Shown here: one piece after another, positions 8,475-19,904 of the stretch
Position numbering within the stretch: the first letter of the stretch is position 1
How the letters are laid out: the number at the start of each line of letters is the position of its first letter
Assembly: GCA_026026165.1 (NCBI GenBank)
Contig: JAPEUD010000118.1
Span: 1-39,520, forward strand
Source of the DNA: Sarea resinae
Taxonomy: Eukaryota
DNA length: 39,520 nt
Reading direction: 5' to 3'
Notes under the pieces: model-generated
Told to the model about the DNA's origin: nothing
Database searches by the model: none
What the model saw: the letters and a program-made list of their open reading frames with translations, nothing else
Made by a program: the position numbers and the translations under genes

Positions 8475-10159
8475 TCAAGTATCCCTCGCGATGACGACGC
8501 CAAAGGGATCGCGATCGCGCTCGCTGACCTCGACGCAGACGTCCTCGTCCTCGAGTGCCTCCTCCCACTCGCCCATGTTCATCATCGGCGTCGTGCCTAC
8601 TCCCCCCTTGGCATCTCGCAGCTCCTTGACCTTGTCCTCCCGGAACTCCGTCCAGCGCGCCTTGATCTCCTTCTCGAGCTGCGGCCGGAGCACCTCGTGC
8701 AGGAAGCCGCGTTCGGTGTTGGAGTGGAAGAGCGTGAGCACGCTCTTGCCTTTCTCGATGGCCGCCAGCGCGTCGTGATGCGACATCTCGCCCGTGAAGA
8801 GCAGATCCGCCTCGGCGCCCCCGTCGACCCGATCTAGCTCCTTGAAGAGTCCGGCGCCCGAGCCCGCGCATACGGCCACGCCCCGGATCGAGATGTCCGA
8901 TATAGACCGGCCCTGCGGGATGGCGAGCGGGATGGCTTTGGGCGAGCCCAAGGCTGTGGCGATGCGCGAGATGAGCGTCTCCAGGGGGACCGGCGCCGGG
9001 AAGCGAATCAGGCGACCCATACCTGCGTTTGGAAAATTGGGGTCCGGTGTTATCGTTGTGCGGGTGTGTGTTGTTGAAGCGCTTTGCGGGGTGTTAGTAA
9101 AGGAATCTGAACGGAAGAGAGTAGAGACTTACGAGTCCGCATTATCTGCTGCTGCTGCCGCGGCCGTCACCTCTGAGCCCTTTTTCGTCTGGCGGCGGGG
9201 ATACGTCGGGGAAGAATACCTTGGCGGCTGCGGTTGCTGATCCTCCTGGATCGAGGGCCCGCCAAAGACATCATCGGCGTCAAGGTCTGCGTTCTGAGTT
9301 CCTGGTGTGCTGGGTTCAGACGTCTTGGACTCCTCAGGCGTTTCGGCATCCCCGTTCTCTTGGCCTTCGGTTTCGGACTCTGTAGATTGCTCTTCTTCTG
9401 CTTCTTCTTCTGGCTGGCCAGTGGGGATTCCTGTCACTATGTCTGCGAGCCAGTCACCTAAGCCGCCAGCAGCGGCGTCGATGGCGGTATGGGGCGAGTA
9501 GACCTGATGATTATTCTTAGCTGGTGACTATGGGATGGAGTCAGGTATCGGGGTATTACGCTAATGCCTTCTTGAGCGAGTCTGAGGAGCGAGCTCTGCT
9601 GTGAGTCGGCGAGGGAGAGAGATTTGAGGCCGCGGAAGATGATAGGATCTAGACCAGTATCAATATCAAGGGTATTAAAAAGCCACAAATATGACAGGTG
9701 ACGAGAGGAGAATTGTAACACAAATAGACCAACACATACGATAAGCAATGACGACACTATCTTTCCGTTCAATGGCTTCCTCGGCCACAGCTCGCGTCAA
9801 ATCGACAGTGAGCAGTACAGAATTCATCTGTCGTCTGATGGGGTCGAATGGGGCTTCTAGGAGCACTTTGGACAAAGAAACATCATTAGTATGCATGTAG
9901 CTTCATATGAACGTCAATCTCACAGCCAGTGTTATCCCAGCTCTTGTCAGCAAGCGCTTCAGGATATCTACAGATGAAAAGAGATCAGCCACAAAATCCC
10001 AATAAAACTCACGGGCCGCATGGGATAAGAAGCTTCAGTTGGACTCTCGACGTACAGCTTTCTCATCGAATCAATGACGACCCTTGTGAAAGGAGCGGAA
10101 GAGGCAATTGGGTCCATCTTGGAGACTTGGTGAAAAAGACGGGCTGAGGCACGGAGCAT
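8475..10159 (-). CDS. NIF3: NIF3 (NGG1-interacting factor 3 / DUF34) family protein, multi-exon
   Basis: Fragments YPEALADKSWDN, VLLTVDLTRAVAEEAI..VIAY/HPIIFRGLK, YSPHTAIDAAAGGLGDWL, GMGR, VAVCAGSG, TGEMSHH and HSNTERGFL. Confidence 0.93.
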
Positions 10160-10425
10160 GAGCTAGGAGCTTCGACGGTCAGATATGATCCAGGTATACG
10201 ACGACGGGCTGAGTGGGGTGAAGCTATGACGGTCCTCTGTTCTGAATGGTGACCATAGGTAGACTCCCCAAACTCAATCGAATGCCCGATTTGCTCCTGT
10301 TGGCTCGAGGCTTGGTTCCTCTTCCAAGTTTCCGACTTGTTGTAGTGACTTCGTACATCAACTGTAGAGTATCATAGGGCAACGGCGCCATAACCTTAAT
10401 TGCCTTGCAGATCGCGTGTGTGACT

Positions 10426-10565
10426 TTATCTGATTTCCCTTCCCATCGCCCGTGCCACTAAGGTAATCAGATCCAGTGACGCCATCCACGTCTCCCCCCC
10501 GCCCCACCCCAATCAGATAAAATCTCAATCTACAATCTCAACCTCGTCGCGACACTTTATCTGAT
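10426..10565. promoter_or_regulatory. Three ATCAGATAA GATA motifs (SreA/Sre1-type ATCWGATAA)
   Basis: TTATCTGAT at 10426-10434, ATCAGATAA at 10512-10520 and TTATCTGAT at 10557-10565, in the NIF3/BolA divergent intergenic region. Confidence 0.7.
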
Positions 10566-10708
10566 CTCAAGAGGGCCCTTTATCGAAACATCCTCATTCC
10601 TCATTGCATCTCTCCAAACAGTGCCTCCTTACATCAACCTTTCTTTCCTCACAGTCCTCCCTCCCGAGCGCACATACATCGGGTTACACACTAAGCTCAA
10701 CAGCAATC

Positions 10709-11095
10709 ATGAGCGCACGCTCCGACATGGAAGCGGCCCTCATAGCTTCTACCACCGGCATAACACCGGAATCTCTCCAACAGACCCTGGCCCAAAAACT
10801 GGACGCCACCCACGTCGATATTCAGGATATGTCAGGTACAATAAACCCCCACCGCACATCTCTCAGGTCACTATTCTGTTTGGTCCTCTTCCCAGTCTCC
10901 TGACATCGGCACCTAGGCGGCTGTGGACAAATGTTCGAAGCAACAATCGTGTCACCACAGTTCACGAAGAAAACCACACTTGCCCGTCATCGTCTCGTGA
11001 ACGGTGCTGTGAAGGAGGAGATTGCCGCAATTCATGCGTGGACACCACGTTGCTTCACTCCCGAGGAGTGGGAGAAGAGGCAGATGAGCGCTTGA
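10709..11095 (+). CDS. BOL2: BolA-family protein, Bol2/Fra2 type
   Basis: Exons 10709-10835 and 10917-11095: [32 protein letters not shown]...EIAAIHAWTPRCFTPEEW. Confidence 0.9.
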
Positions 11096-11475
11096 GCGAG
11101 AGGCGAGCTTATGGAATTGAAATCTGGGACATATGTGCACCGAGAGCCGAGGGCGGGGTGGGGGCTCAATGACCATGATCGAAACTATCTGGGAGGAAGC
11201 TATGTCGCCGTGTCTCATAACGCATAATGATGGATTTGGACGATGAAAAACATTCTACGAGGATGATACCTAGTCCCCTTGTTGAAATGATTTTGGGCGA
11301 GATTTTCCATGGTTCTCCGTTATACCAAAGGAATAGAACAGCACAAAAGAGCGATCTATGCGTGGAAAGGTGCCACTGGGTGCGCCGGCACAACGTACTT
11401 TTTTATATGCATATATTCAAGCTTTTAGAGCACTCGTACATTTAAGGGATACCCCAATACCATACATCACCTATA

Positions 11476-13655
11476 TCAGCTCAATAAGACCCTAATCTCA
11501 CCAGTCGTCCTTGGGAACAGCGATCGCAGCGTGACGATGCCCTCTTCATCCTCTTCGTTCTCACCTACTTGTCGGCCCGCCGCTGAGCCCGTAAGCTCGT
11601 CAGCAGCCAAAAGTTTGCCCTCGAGCATTTCAAAGTCTTCGCAGAACTGGTCCGCTGCCATACCGCTCACGTCCTTGGCCAACTTAGAGTTCGACAGCTG
11701 CTTGAGATTTTCGTTGGCGTCGATGATGGCAGAGGGCAAGAAATCGTCCAGTGTCTGACTCGTGACTAACAGGCTCTGATGCTGGAAGGGACCAAGCGTT
11801 GGGATAGACACAATATCCTCCTCCGTATCTGACAGGGAAGCTAGAACTTCGACCAAGGGTTGCAGACCCGAGGAGCGAAGGAAGTAGTTGTGCTGATATT
11901 CGACCAGCTTTCGCGCTTGTTCTTCCATGGTGTCTTCAAGCTCTGCCAATTTCTCGGTAGTAAACGTGGCGGAGGACAAGGTGGTGATAGCGGCTGAGAG
12001 GCAATTGATGCTGAATATAGCGTTTGCTGGTTGTTTCAGGCCCTTGGCTAGCTTGTCGCAACCTTCGAGAAAAGGATCCAAAGCTTCTGCTAAAATTGGT
12101 TGGAATTCTGCTTCTCGACTCGAGGCGGGGCTGAGCGAGCTGTCGTAGCTTTTCATCAACGCCTTCAATTCCTCGAGAGCTTGAGAGAGAAATGCCGGGG
12201 CGTTCAGGTCTGCTGGGGTCTGGACCAACTCTACCTGGAAGGAAGTGACACGGTCTTTCATCGTGGCCCGAAACTGTCTCAGGGCTGTCTCCTCCGACGC
12301 AGCCAAAGTTGCGAGAACATCTGACTGCTCACTTAGAAGCTTTGAGAACATGACTCTATAGAAATTTAGAAGATTCGCAATCTTATACGCCATTGTCGGC
12401 TCCTCCTGACTCTGAATGACTTGTTCTGTCCGTTGTCTTAGCAATCTCGCTACACCCGTAATATCACGGCTGACGAGCTGATTGAGAGCTTTTTGGCCAT
12501 CGAAAACCTCCTCCTCCTCCGCCCCACGTGTCCATGGTTGGTCTTCTCTACCAGCTTGAATCCCTTTCGCTATTTCGTCGCCTTCGGATACAAATAGAAC
12601 TTCAAGAGCTTCGCGCTCGGAGACAGCAGCGGAGTGTGTCCAAGCGAGCATATCGCCGACGTATCTTAGGGGATCATGAGCGACTAGCTCTATGGGTTTG
12701 GCATTTGATACTCGCTCCCCTTGAGAATTACCAGTCAAAGCCGTATAAAACGCATCGGCGAGTACATTTTCCCGGGCCTCGGAGAAGAAGTCTAGGCAAT
12801 TTTGGAAGAGGGTCGGCCTCTCCGCCAGAACTCGCAAGGATCTTCGAATAGATGAGCCTATTTGTGGATTTTCCAGATTTAAAGATTTGAATTCCTTTTG
12901 GACCCAGCGGTAGAGTTTCTGGAAAGCGCCATTGAGAGCTTTGGAGCTTTGGTCTAGAATTTCAAGGCCTAGCCTCTGGTTTTCTGCACCGAGAAGCACT
13001 TGTGTATCCTTTTGAATCCTTTTCACGCGGTTTAGAACTGTAAAAAACTGATCGTTGACTGGCTCAGCCGTTGAAGTAAGAGTGGTCAGATCGTCGTCCG
13101 AGATGACAAAATGCGTATTGAAAGCATCTAGCAGTCGTTGCTTAGTTTCGACCTGTTGCTTCTGCGAGATCAAGGATGAGGCCTCCTCGAGGACAGGGCG
13201 GGTCTCTAGGTGAGCGGCGGATATATGCTGGCGCATATCAACGCAGCATTGATTCAAGCTCTCAATTGTAGTACCGATGCGTTTCAATTGCTAGATAACA
13301 GCGATCAGTAATGGATATGATGACGTATTCCAGGAGCACAAACGTTGGCGATCTGTCCGAATTCCCTAATAATCTCGCCATTGCACTGCAAGACCTCTTT
13401 CTGGACGTCAAGCCTCAATTGCCGCCTAGCGGTCGGTGTGCTCTCGATTCCTCGCGCATCAAGCGTCTCGAGAGCATCTCTGATCTCGAGATCTGCATAA
13501 GAGGTTGATAGAACACTGCTGAGCTTGCTCGAGAGAGCATTAGACCTGGGCGCCGCACCTCCTGAGGGCGTTAGCGGTGTTGAGAGAGGAGATGAAGAGT
13601 CAAGGCGATCCACGGGCGGCGTAGCGACGCGGTCTTGAAGATAATTGTTAGCCAT
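11476..13655 (-). CDS. COG6: Conserved oligomeric Golgi complex subunit 6
   Basis: Exons 13655-13344 and 13290-11476; signature [24 protein letters not shown] and N-terminal RRQLRLDVQ. Confidence 0.93.
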
Positions 13656-14362
13656 AAAGGATAACGGAATTTTCAGAGCTCAGCCACTCTAGCAATTCTT
13701 CATCTTTTACCCATTTCCCGATTGCTAATAAACTCCTCTCACACACAGCCATGGATGCTGTTTCGTTGGCAAGTTGAGCCCGTTCACTTAGCACCCACGG
13801 TTACCCTATGAGCCCTTTATCGAAGTTCTCACAATCCCCGACCACCTCAAGTCAGGAATCGCCAGCCTTCGAGGCGGCAATGCGGCACCAAACCCAATAT
13901 TAGTGATAGTAAAAATGGTGAGAGCAAATGCTCCAGCATTGAAAATGAGGTTTCTTATTCGACTAAATGCCTTAGCCTTCAAATTTACCCAATCTGCGCC
14001 GCCTCTTCGTCGAAGCTCGAACAGACGCGGAAGAGAGCGCATACTCGCGCAATGCGGTAGGCTTCTATCTAAAAACATATGGACAGACCATGTTGACGCC
14101 ATGCAGTTCTACAATCTGGTCTGGTTCATGTCCTCTGTCGCTATATTCAGTCTGGTAGCACAACGCATGAGTGGGGGAAAGACTGCGAAACCTTGAGTGG
14201 TTAAAAGTAGGGCGGCGTGCTTGATTTTGGGTGGCTATATTTGTACGTTTCGGAGGAGCCATTGCTGCAATGGGAACGGAGTTTACTTGGTATTTTCCAG
14301 CGGTCACTGGTGGTATAGCTTTTGAAATATTTCTGGTCCGGACAATAAATCTGGGCAGGCCA

Positions 14363-15564
14363 TCAACCGGAATCCTCTCCTTCATCATCTCCTAAGAAAT
14401 CCAACTCCCTCAAGCCCTTTGCCAACCTTCTCTTTGGCCTTCCTCCTTCTTCCCGATCCTCCGCGTCTTCACCCCATTGCTTTGCACCCTCCTGAACTGC
14501 CTCAAGCTCGGCTTTCAGCTCCCTCTCCTCTTTGATTTGCCTTGCTTTCTCAACTGAATACCTCCCATCCATACCAACATCCTTTAGCATGCCTTTGAGA
14601 TGCTGGATCTTAGAGCGTGATGTATCATAGGGTGCTAACTCTCTATACCAAAGTTTTCTAATACCACATTTCAGCAGCCATGATTGCAGACGTTTGATCT
14701 CAGCTTCTTCTGGGCCTATGCTTGGATCGTCTTTGGTCTTCGCCGGTTTGGATTTTGAGTTTTTCTTTGAGCGTGGAGTGGATGTAGACTTTTGTCTTTT
14801 CCTCTTGGGAGCAGAATCTTCATCCAAAACTACAGACATTTCACTCTCGGACCCGGCGACATCAGGAGTACCTGTTTTCGTTGTGTCATTGGGTACTGGG
14901 GAAATTTCTGTGCTATTCTCTTCCATGGCCTCATCTTTCGTCTCGTCTTCGTTGTTGGCCTTGGTCGGTGCCTTCTTCCTCTTGGTATCCTTAGGTGATA
15001 CTGTCTTCCGCCTCCTTTTAGGTTGTTCTTCCGGTTCCGAGACCTCGACATCCGAGATCTGTTCTGCTACTTCCGAGTCTGATTCTATCAACGCAGCGCT
15101 CTTACGCCGCTTGCGCGGCTCAGGTTCGTCTGGAGAAGCACGCTTGGTGCCCTTTGTTTTCTTTGTGGTGCTCGGCTTCGTGGTATTGGCAGGCTTCAAC
15201 TTCCTTGGCTCTGCCGTTTCCAAGTGCGGGCTTTGTTCCTTTGCCCGGTCTCGCAGCTCATGTTGAGTGTCCTTCACCGAATCCAATCAGCATACTAAGC
15301 TGTAAATACCGATCAGGAGAGGGTCATTACTGCCTCGGCGCTCACTACCAGCTTGCTCTTCGAATTCCATGTCTCGTCATTCTTGTAGAATCCGCCTGGT
15401 AGACCCAATTCCTGCTCCGCAGCTGTGCGCATGCGCTTCACCGTAAGTTCCTCAGGCTGGAAGATTCCGGACTGAAACAGATTCTTGACTGCCGCGCGTA
15501 GAGCCTTCTCCAATACGGCGTTGGATGGTCGTGGCGTAGACAATGATCCCTCGGAGTCGGACAT
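14363..15564 (-). CDS. HIRIP3-like (HIRA-interacting / CHZ-like) chromatin protein
   Basis: Exons 15564-15331 and 15271-14363. It has an N-terminal DEK-C-like ELTVKRMRTAAEQELGL, a charged low-complexity middle with NLS-like runs, and a conserved C-terminal EIKRLQSWLLKCGIRKLW...GMDGRYSVEKARQIKEEREL. Confidence 0.75.
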
Positions 15565-16132
15565 CTTGGTCGCAAGCGTAAATACCGACGCGTCAATGCT
15601 TCGGAGGATTGTCGCGACTGTCGAGACTGACGGGATGGAAGTTCAGTGGCATTACCCATGTAGGTTCAAAGTTCCTTGTACTTTGCGGAGCATCGAGGCC
15701 TCACCATTCTGCACGAAGTATTCGTAGATTAGGGAGGTACCTAGTACCGTGAAGCTATCTTGGGTAACCTTCGGGACTACGTCAACTGCGGCGCTTCCAA
15801 AACACCTGGAGACAAGGCCCCTTGGGCGAAATTCATCTCTCACACAAACGACCCTGGGAACTGCAGTCCACAGCCACTGTGCCTCTATAACAACCTACTT
15901 CATACTTGAACGTGGTTCAAAATTCGATTCCACACTTTCACTGTAGTCTCAGGCTTCGGAGCACTTCCCCATCCTCGGATGTTCCCGCAGTCACAGTCAC
16001 AAAGCACATTGCCGATCTTAGCATTGTCCTCGAATATCTACTCTTAAGGGCCCAGACAATAAAGGATCGAATTTCGCGCCGTAGTTTACATCCTGAACAA
16101 TCAATCTAAAACCTTAAGATGACCATGGAAAA

Positions 16133-17092
16133 ATGTCACCAGCGAAGAAATTCAGGAAGGGAGAAACCTATCCCGAGCCACTCGTCATAGCTCCCGCAGG
16201 ACCACATACTCATACCATTATCCTCCTCCACGGTCGAGGCAGTAATGCCGAACGCTTCGGTCTGGAGTTATTGAAGTCCCGCACATCTGGCGGTCGGACT
16301 CTCCCCGAATTGTTTCCGGGCCTCAAGTTCATCTTTCCCACTGCAAAGAAAAGAAGGTCGACGGTGCTGAAGCGAGTTCCTATAAACCAATGGTTCGACA
16401 ACTATTCTCTTCTGGACCCAGATGAACGGCAGGACTTGCAATACGAAGGCCTGCATGAGACAAGCATTTTCATACACAAGATCATTGCCTCAGAGGCTGA
16501 AAAGGTGACGCTAGGAAGAGTGGTGTTGGGTGGCTTGAGTCAGGGCTGTGCTGCTGGTTTGCAGGCCCTGATGAACTTTTATGATCAGCGAACGCTGTCT
16601 TGGGGATTGGAAGATGACGATTCTGATGTCATCTCGAGATCGCCGCTGAGAATGGCTGGGTTTGTGGGTATGAGCGGGTGGTTGCCCTTCGCCAGCGCGA
16701 TTGCGGACACTAGCTCTCTCCCACCAAAAGCCGACGACGGGGCCGACAACCAAGAGGACGACATCTTCGAACACGGCGGGGAAGGTCAGGATGAAGCTTC
16801 AGCTTCTAGCCTTGCTTTCAACCTCGCTCGTGACATCGCCTCACTCGAATCAATATCCCTTCTTCCGGACATATTGCCACCTTTCGTACACACGCCCATA
16901 TTTCTAGGTCATGGAGCAATGGATGAGAAGGTCTCAGTTCGCTTGGGGGAAGAGGCGCGTGACACCTTAGAGAAGCTGGGGTGTGATGTGCAGTGGAAGG
17001 CCTACGAGGATCTCGGACATTGGTACAAGGTGCCAGATGAAATCGACGATATTGTGGAATTTCTAAAAGCGTTAAGCTTCGGAGTGCGCTAG
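16133..17092 (+). CDS. Phospholipase/carboxylesterase (acyl-protein thioesterase-like alpha/beta hydrolase)
   Basis: Intronless ORF with LLHGRG, IFPTA, QWFD, GGLSQG nucleophile, GHGAMDEKV and YEDLGHW (Ser-Asp-His triad). Confidence 0.9.
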   Translation: MSPAKKFRKGETYPEPLVIAPAGPHTHTIILLHGRGSNAERFGLELLKSRTSGGRTLPELFPGLKFIFPTAKKRRSTVLKRVPINQWFDNYSLLDPDERQDLQYEGLHETSIFIHKIIASEAEKVTLGRVVLGGLSQGCAAGLQALMNFYDQRTLSWGLEDDDSDVISRSPLRMAGFVGMSGWLPFASAIADTSSLPPKADDGADNQEDDIFEHGGEGQDEASASSLAFNLARDIASLESISLLPDILPPFVHTPIFLGHGAMDEKVSVRLGEEARDTLEKLGCDVQWKAYEDLGHWYKVPDEIDDIVEFLKALSFGVR

Positions 17093-17583
17093 AATTTTCT
17101 TTGGCGCTTTTCATGCATAACATCAAACGCGCTGGTGTCGAGAAGATGGGAATAGTTGTGGATGATGCCCATCTCAGGTCCGCGAGATGGACAGCGGGAA
17201 TGGTGATATTGATATCGCGATGTGAAGCATTAGGTGGCCTAAATGGGTGAACAGGATGGTGCGAACTCACGACCAAATATTGTACCAGCAGTCGGAGCGC
17301 ACTCTCAGTCCGTCAGAGCACTTTTCAGTGTCGTGGTGTATGAGGTGCGAGATATATAACATCAGCTACGAGTGGCCCTCTTCCCGGAAGCATCTTGTTT
17401 CAGGGCGACTTTTCGTGGCTGCGCAGCGTCCTGAGAGTACGGTCGTGCCAGCAACAACTCCTGGGCGACAGCTGCATTCAAAACAGATGTGCTCGGTAAA
17501 AGAGGCTTCCAGGACAGCTGTCCTGGGGGGAAGCTCCTAAGATAGACTCCACGAAGAAAGCCGGTGAAGAGCAAATTCTTAGG

Positions 17584-17585
<2 letters not shown>

Positions 17586-17630
<45 letters not shown>
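17586..17630. repeat. (GA)n microsatellite, ~22 units
   Basis: Direct inspection. Confidence 0.97.
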
Positions 17631-17634
<4 letters not shown>

Positions 17635-19904
17635 CCCAGAATATCTTCAGTCTATATCGCGTCAAACCCTAATCCTAGTATCATTCTTCAATTGAAGGGA
17701 GAGGAAAGGAGGAAGGCCTGCCGTGGCCGGGTAACAAATACTGGGAAACTTGGGTAGAATTATATACAGGCAATATTTGAAAAGAGTATTCAAGGCTCGT
17801 CCTTTAAGATTTCCCGCAAACCTGATACGATTCAAAGTCAATAAGTAAATCCGGATGGGAGCGGAGAGGTGCAACGGCGAGGGTCAGGTAGTTTGCCCGT
17901 TGAGCGGAAGGATGAGCGGAAGGTAGGCAAAGCAGCGGGAGCTTAGTCAACAAACACTGAGCACGAGCCGCAGTGGGCATATTTCTGGACTCTATCCATT
18001 CAACTGGTGACAATAGACGGGAGATATGAATGCAAGGTAAGGTAGATCGTTAGAGTGCTGTACACGCCTAGGAGTAGGGGTGGGAACTACGTAGTAAGGT
18101 AGAGTAGTAAGCACTCGAACGAAATCAGATTGGATTGGATCGATGACCAGCATGGATTTAGCGTCCGCTTCCCGCCGTCTGATCAATGTTTCGACTTGCG
18201 AGGCTCAGCGGTAAAGTAAGGTAGGTAAGGTGGGTTCGGGTAGAGTTGCTGAAGGAGATAAGATATCATTTTCCCTCCGGCCAGATGTCCCTCCACCTCC
18301 AGCCTACTCAGCATCCATGACTGTATCTACTCCGGAGTACTCCCTGCTGTCCAGCGTCGCGCATCTTACTGGCTCACGCCAAGGAGGAAGGGAACTTCGG
18401 CTGTCTACGGCGTACGCAAGTGCAGGCAGGATGAGATGCATGGATGGATGTGGATAACATGACGGCAAGTGAATGCCTCACTGTGGCTATTCATTCCACT
18501 TTCAGAAGATAAGCGATTCTCTTTGGTGAGAGATGGATGGCTTTGTTATCAGAGGACGATCCAAGATCATTTGTTCCGTCGACTGTTCGGTGTTGGTGCT
18601 ATGTACCGACACGTCCGTTGCTGGAGATCATGCAAACAAGGCGAAGATCGATGGCCTTCCTTGTTCCCGATTCGACGGTCGTCCGAGGACCAGTAGCATG
18701 AACGGACTCATCCCACGAGGCCAAGGCACCTTAGGTGAAAGAGAAAGCCTCGGAATGAGACAATTGATGGAACTCGGTACTGTATCATTATTCTGATGCT
18801 GCTGGCAATGTCTTGGGGCTTCGGGAAGCCCGAGGAAGCGGAAGTCCGAAGCGTCGACGAGTCTATCGTGGCTTGAAGACGTTGAAGGTGAGGTACTCGG
18901 TCGACATTGGAAGCTCGGAGAGTGCTCCGATTAGGTGTCGTCTGTTGGCATTGGATACTTCGATGTTGACGCTGCTGTTGGGGTACTCTGACTCAGGTCT
19001 CGGCCGTGCCGTGATTGTATGCACCATGTACTTTGCAAATGGTACCTGGTCTAACCTGCTGTCCCGGTTAGAAGGCCGTTCCATATTGTTATTGTCCCTA
19101 CAGTTCTATTTCAGTCGGGTCCATGCGACGAGGCACCCCGTAGGTACGCAGCATGCCATGGTGGATGGCATCCCATGGATGTCAATTACTCCACTGTCAG
19201 TATCCATTATCAATGAAAGAGCCCAAATCATTCACCATCTCTACTCCTCATCACTCCTCCCTCTTCGCTCCTCACTCATCACTCCACCATCTGTTCCGCC
19301 TTAACTCGACCTTACCTAGACCTACCCGCTCCTACCTGACCTAGTAGTACTCCTAGTCGCTTGATCTCCGGACGGCCGCATACCTTACCTTACCACCCCT
19401 CTTACCTCGAGGTACATCGTGTCCGTGTTCCATGTTAGATGCCTCGACGGGAAAAAGGTAGCTACGTGTATTGCGGCATGCCCTGCGTGAACCCGAACCT
19501 GCATCCAACGTCAAGGTCTCGCTCGCCAAGCTCCATCCCTGCTGCCGCAAGCTGCCTAAGAATGCGCTCATAGCCGCTCGAGGCGGTTTCCAACTTCCAT
19601 ACCTACCTAGTAGGTTGCATGCTTAAAATCATCACCTCTTCAAACAGCCCCAATCGACCGTGAATTTCCAGACCCATCCACACCTTGCAAGTGCTCCGAC
19701 ACTTGCCATTGTTGCCGTTCATCCCCGGTCCTTTCCGGTCGACGTTGGGCGAAGAGTCCTCTCCGCACTTCTTTTCTCTCATCTTCTAGAAACTGTCCCG
19801 CAGTGCCACTTTACAGCCCCGCCCCTCAATCCTTACAAACACGAATCTTTCTACCTCACTCTCTGCACCATTGTAGAGAAAAGGAAGTGGAGTGATTATT
19901 CACG

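Noticed and set aside
17100..19900. Many short ORFs in the 2.8-kb gap upstream of TPS1
   Set aside because: No protein-like composition or consistent exon chain; most likely a long regulatory region.
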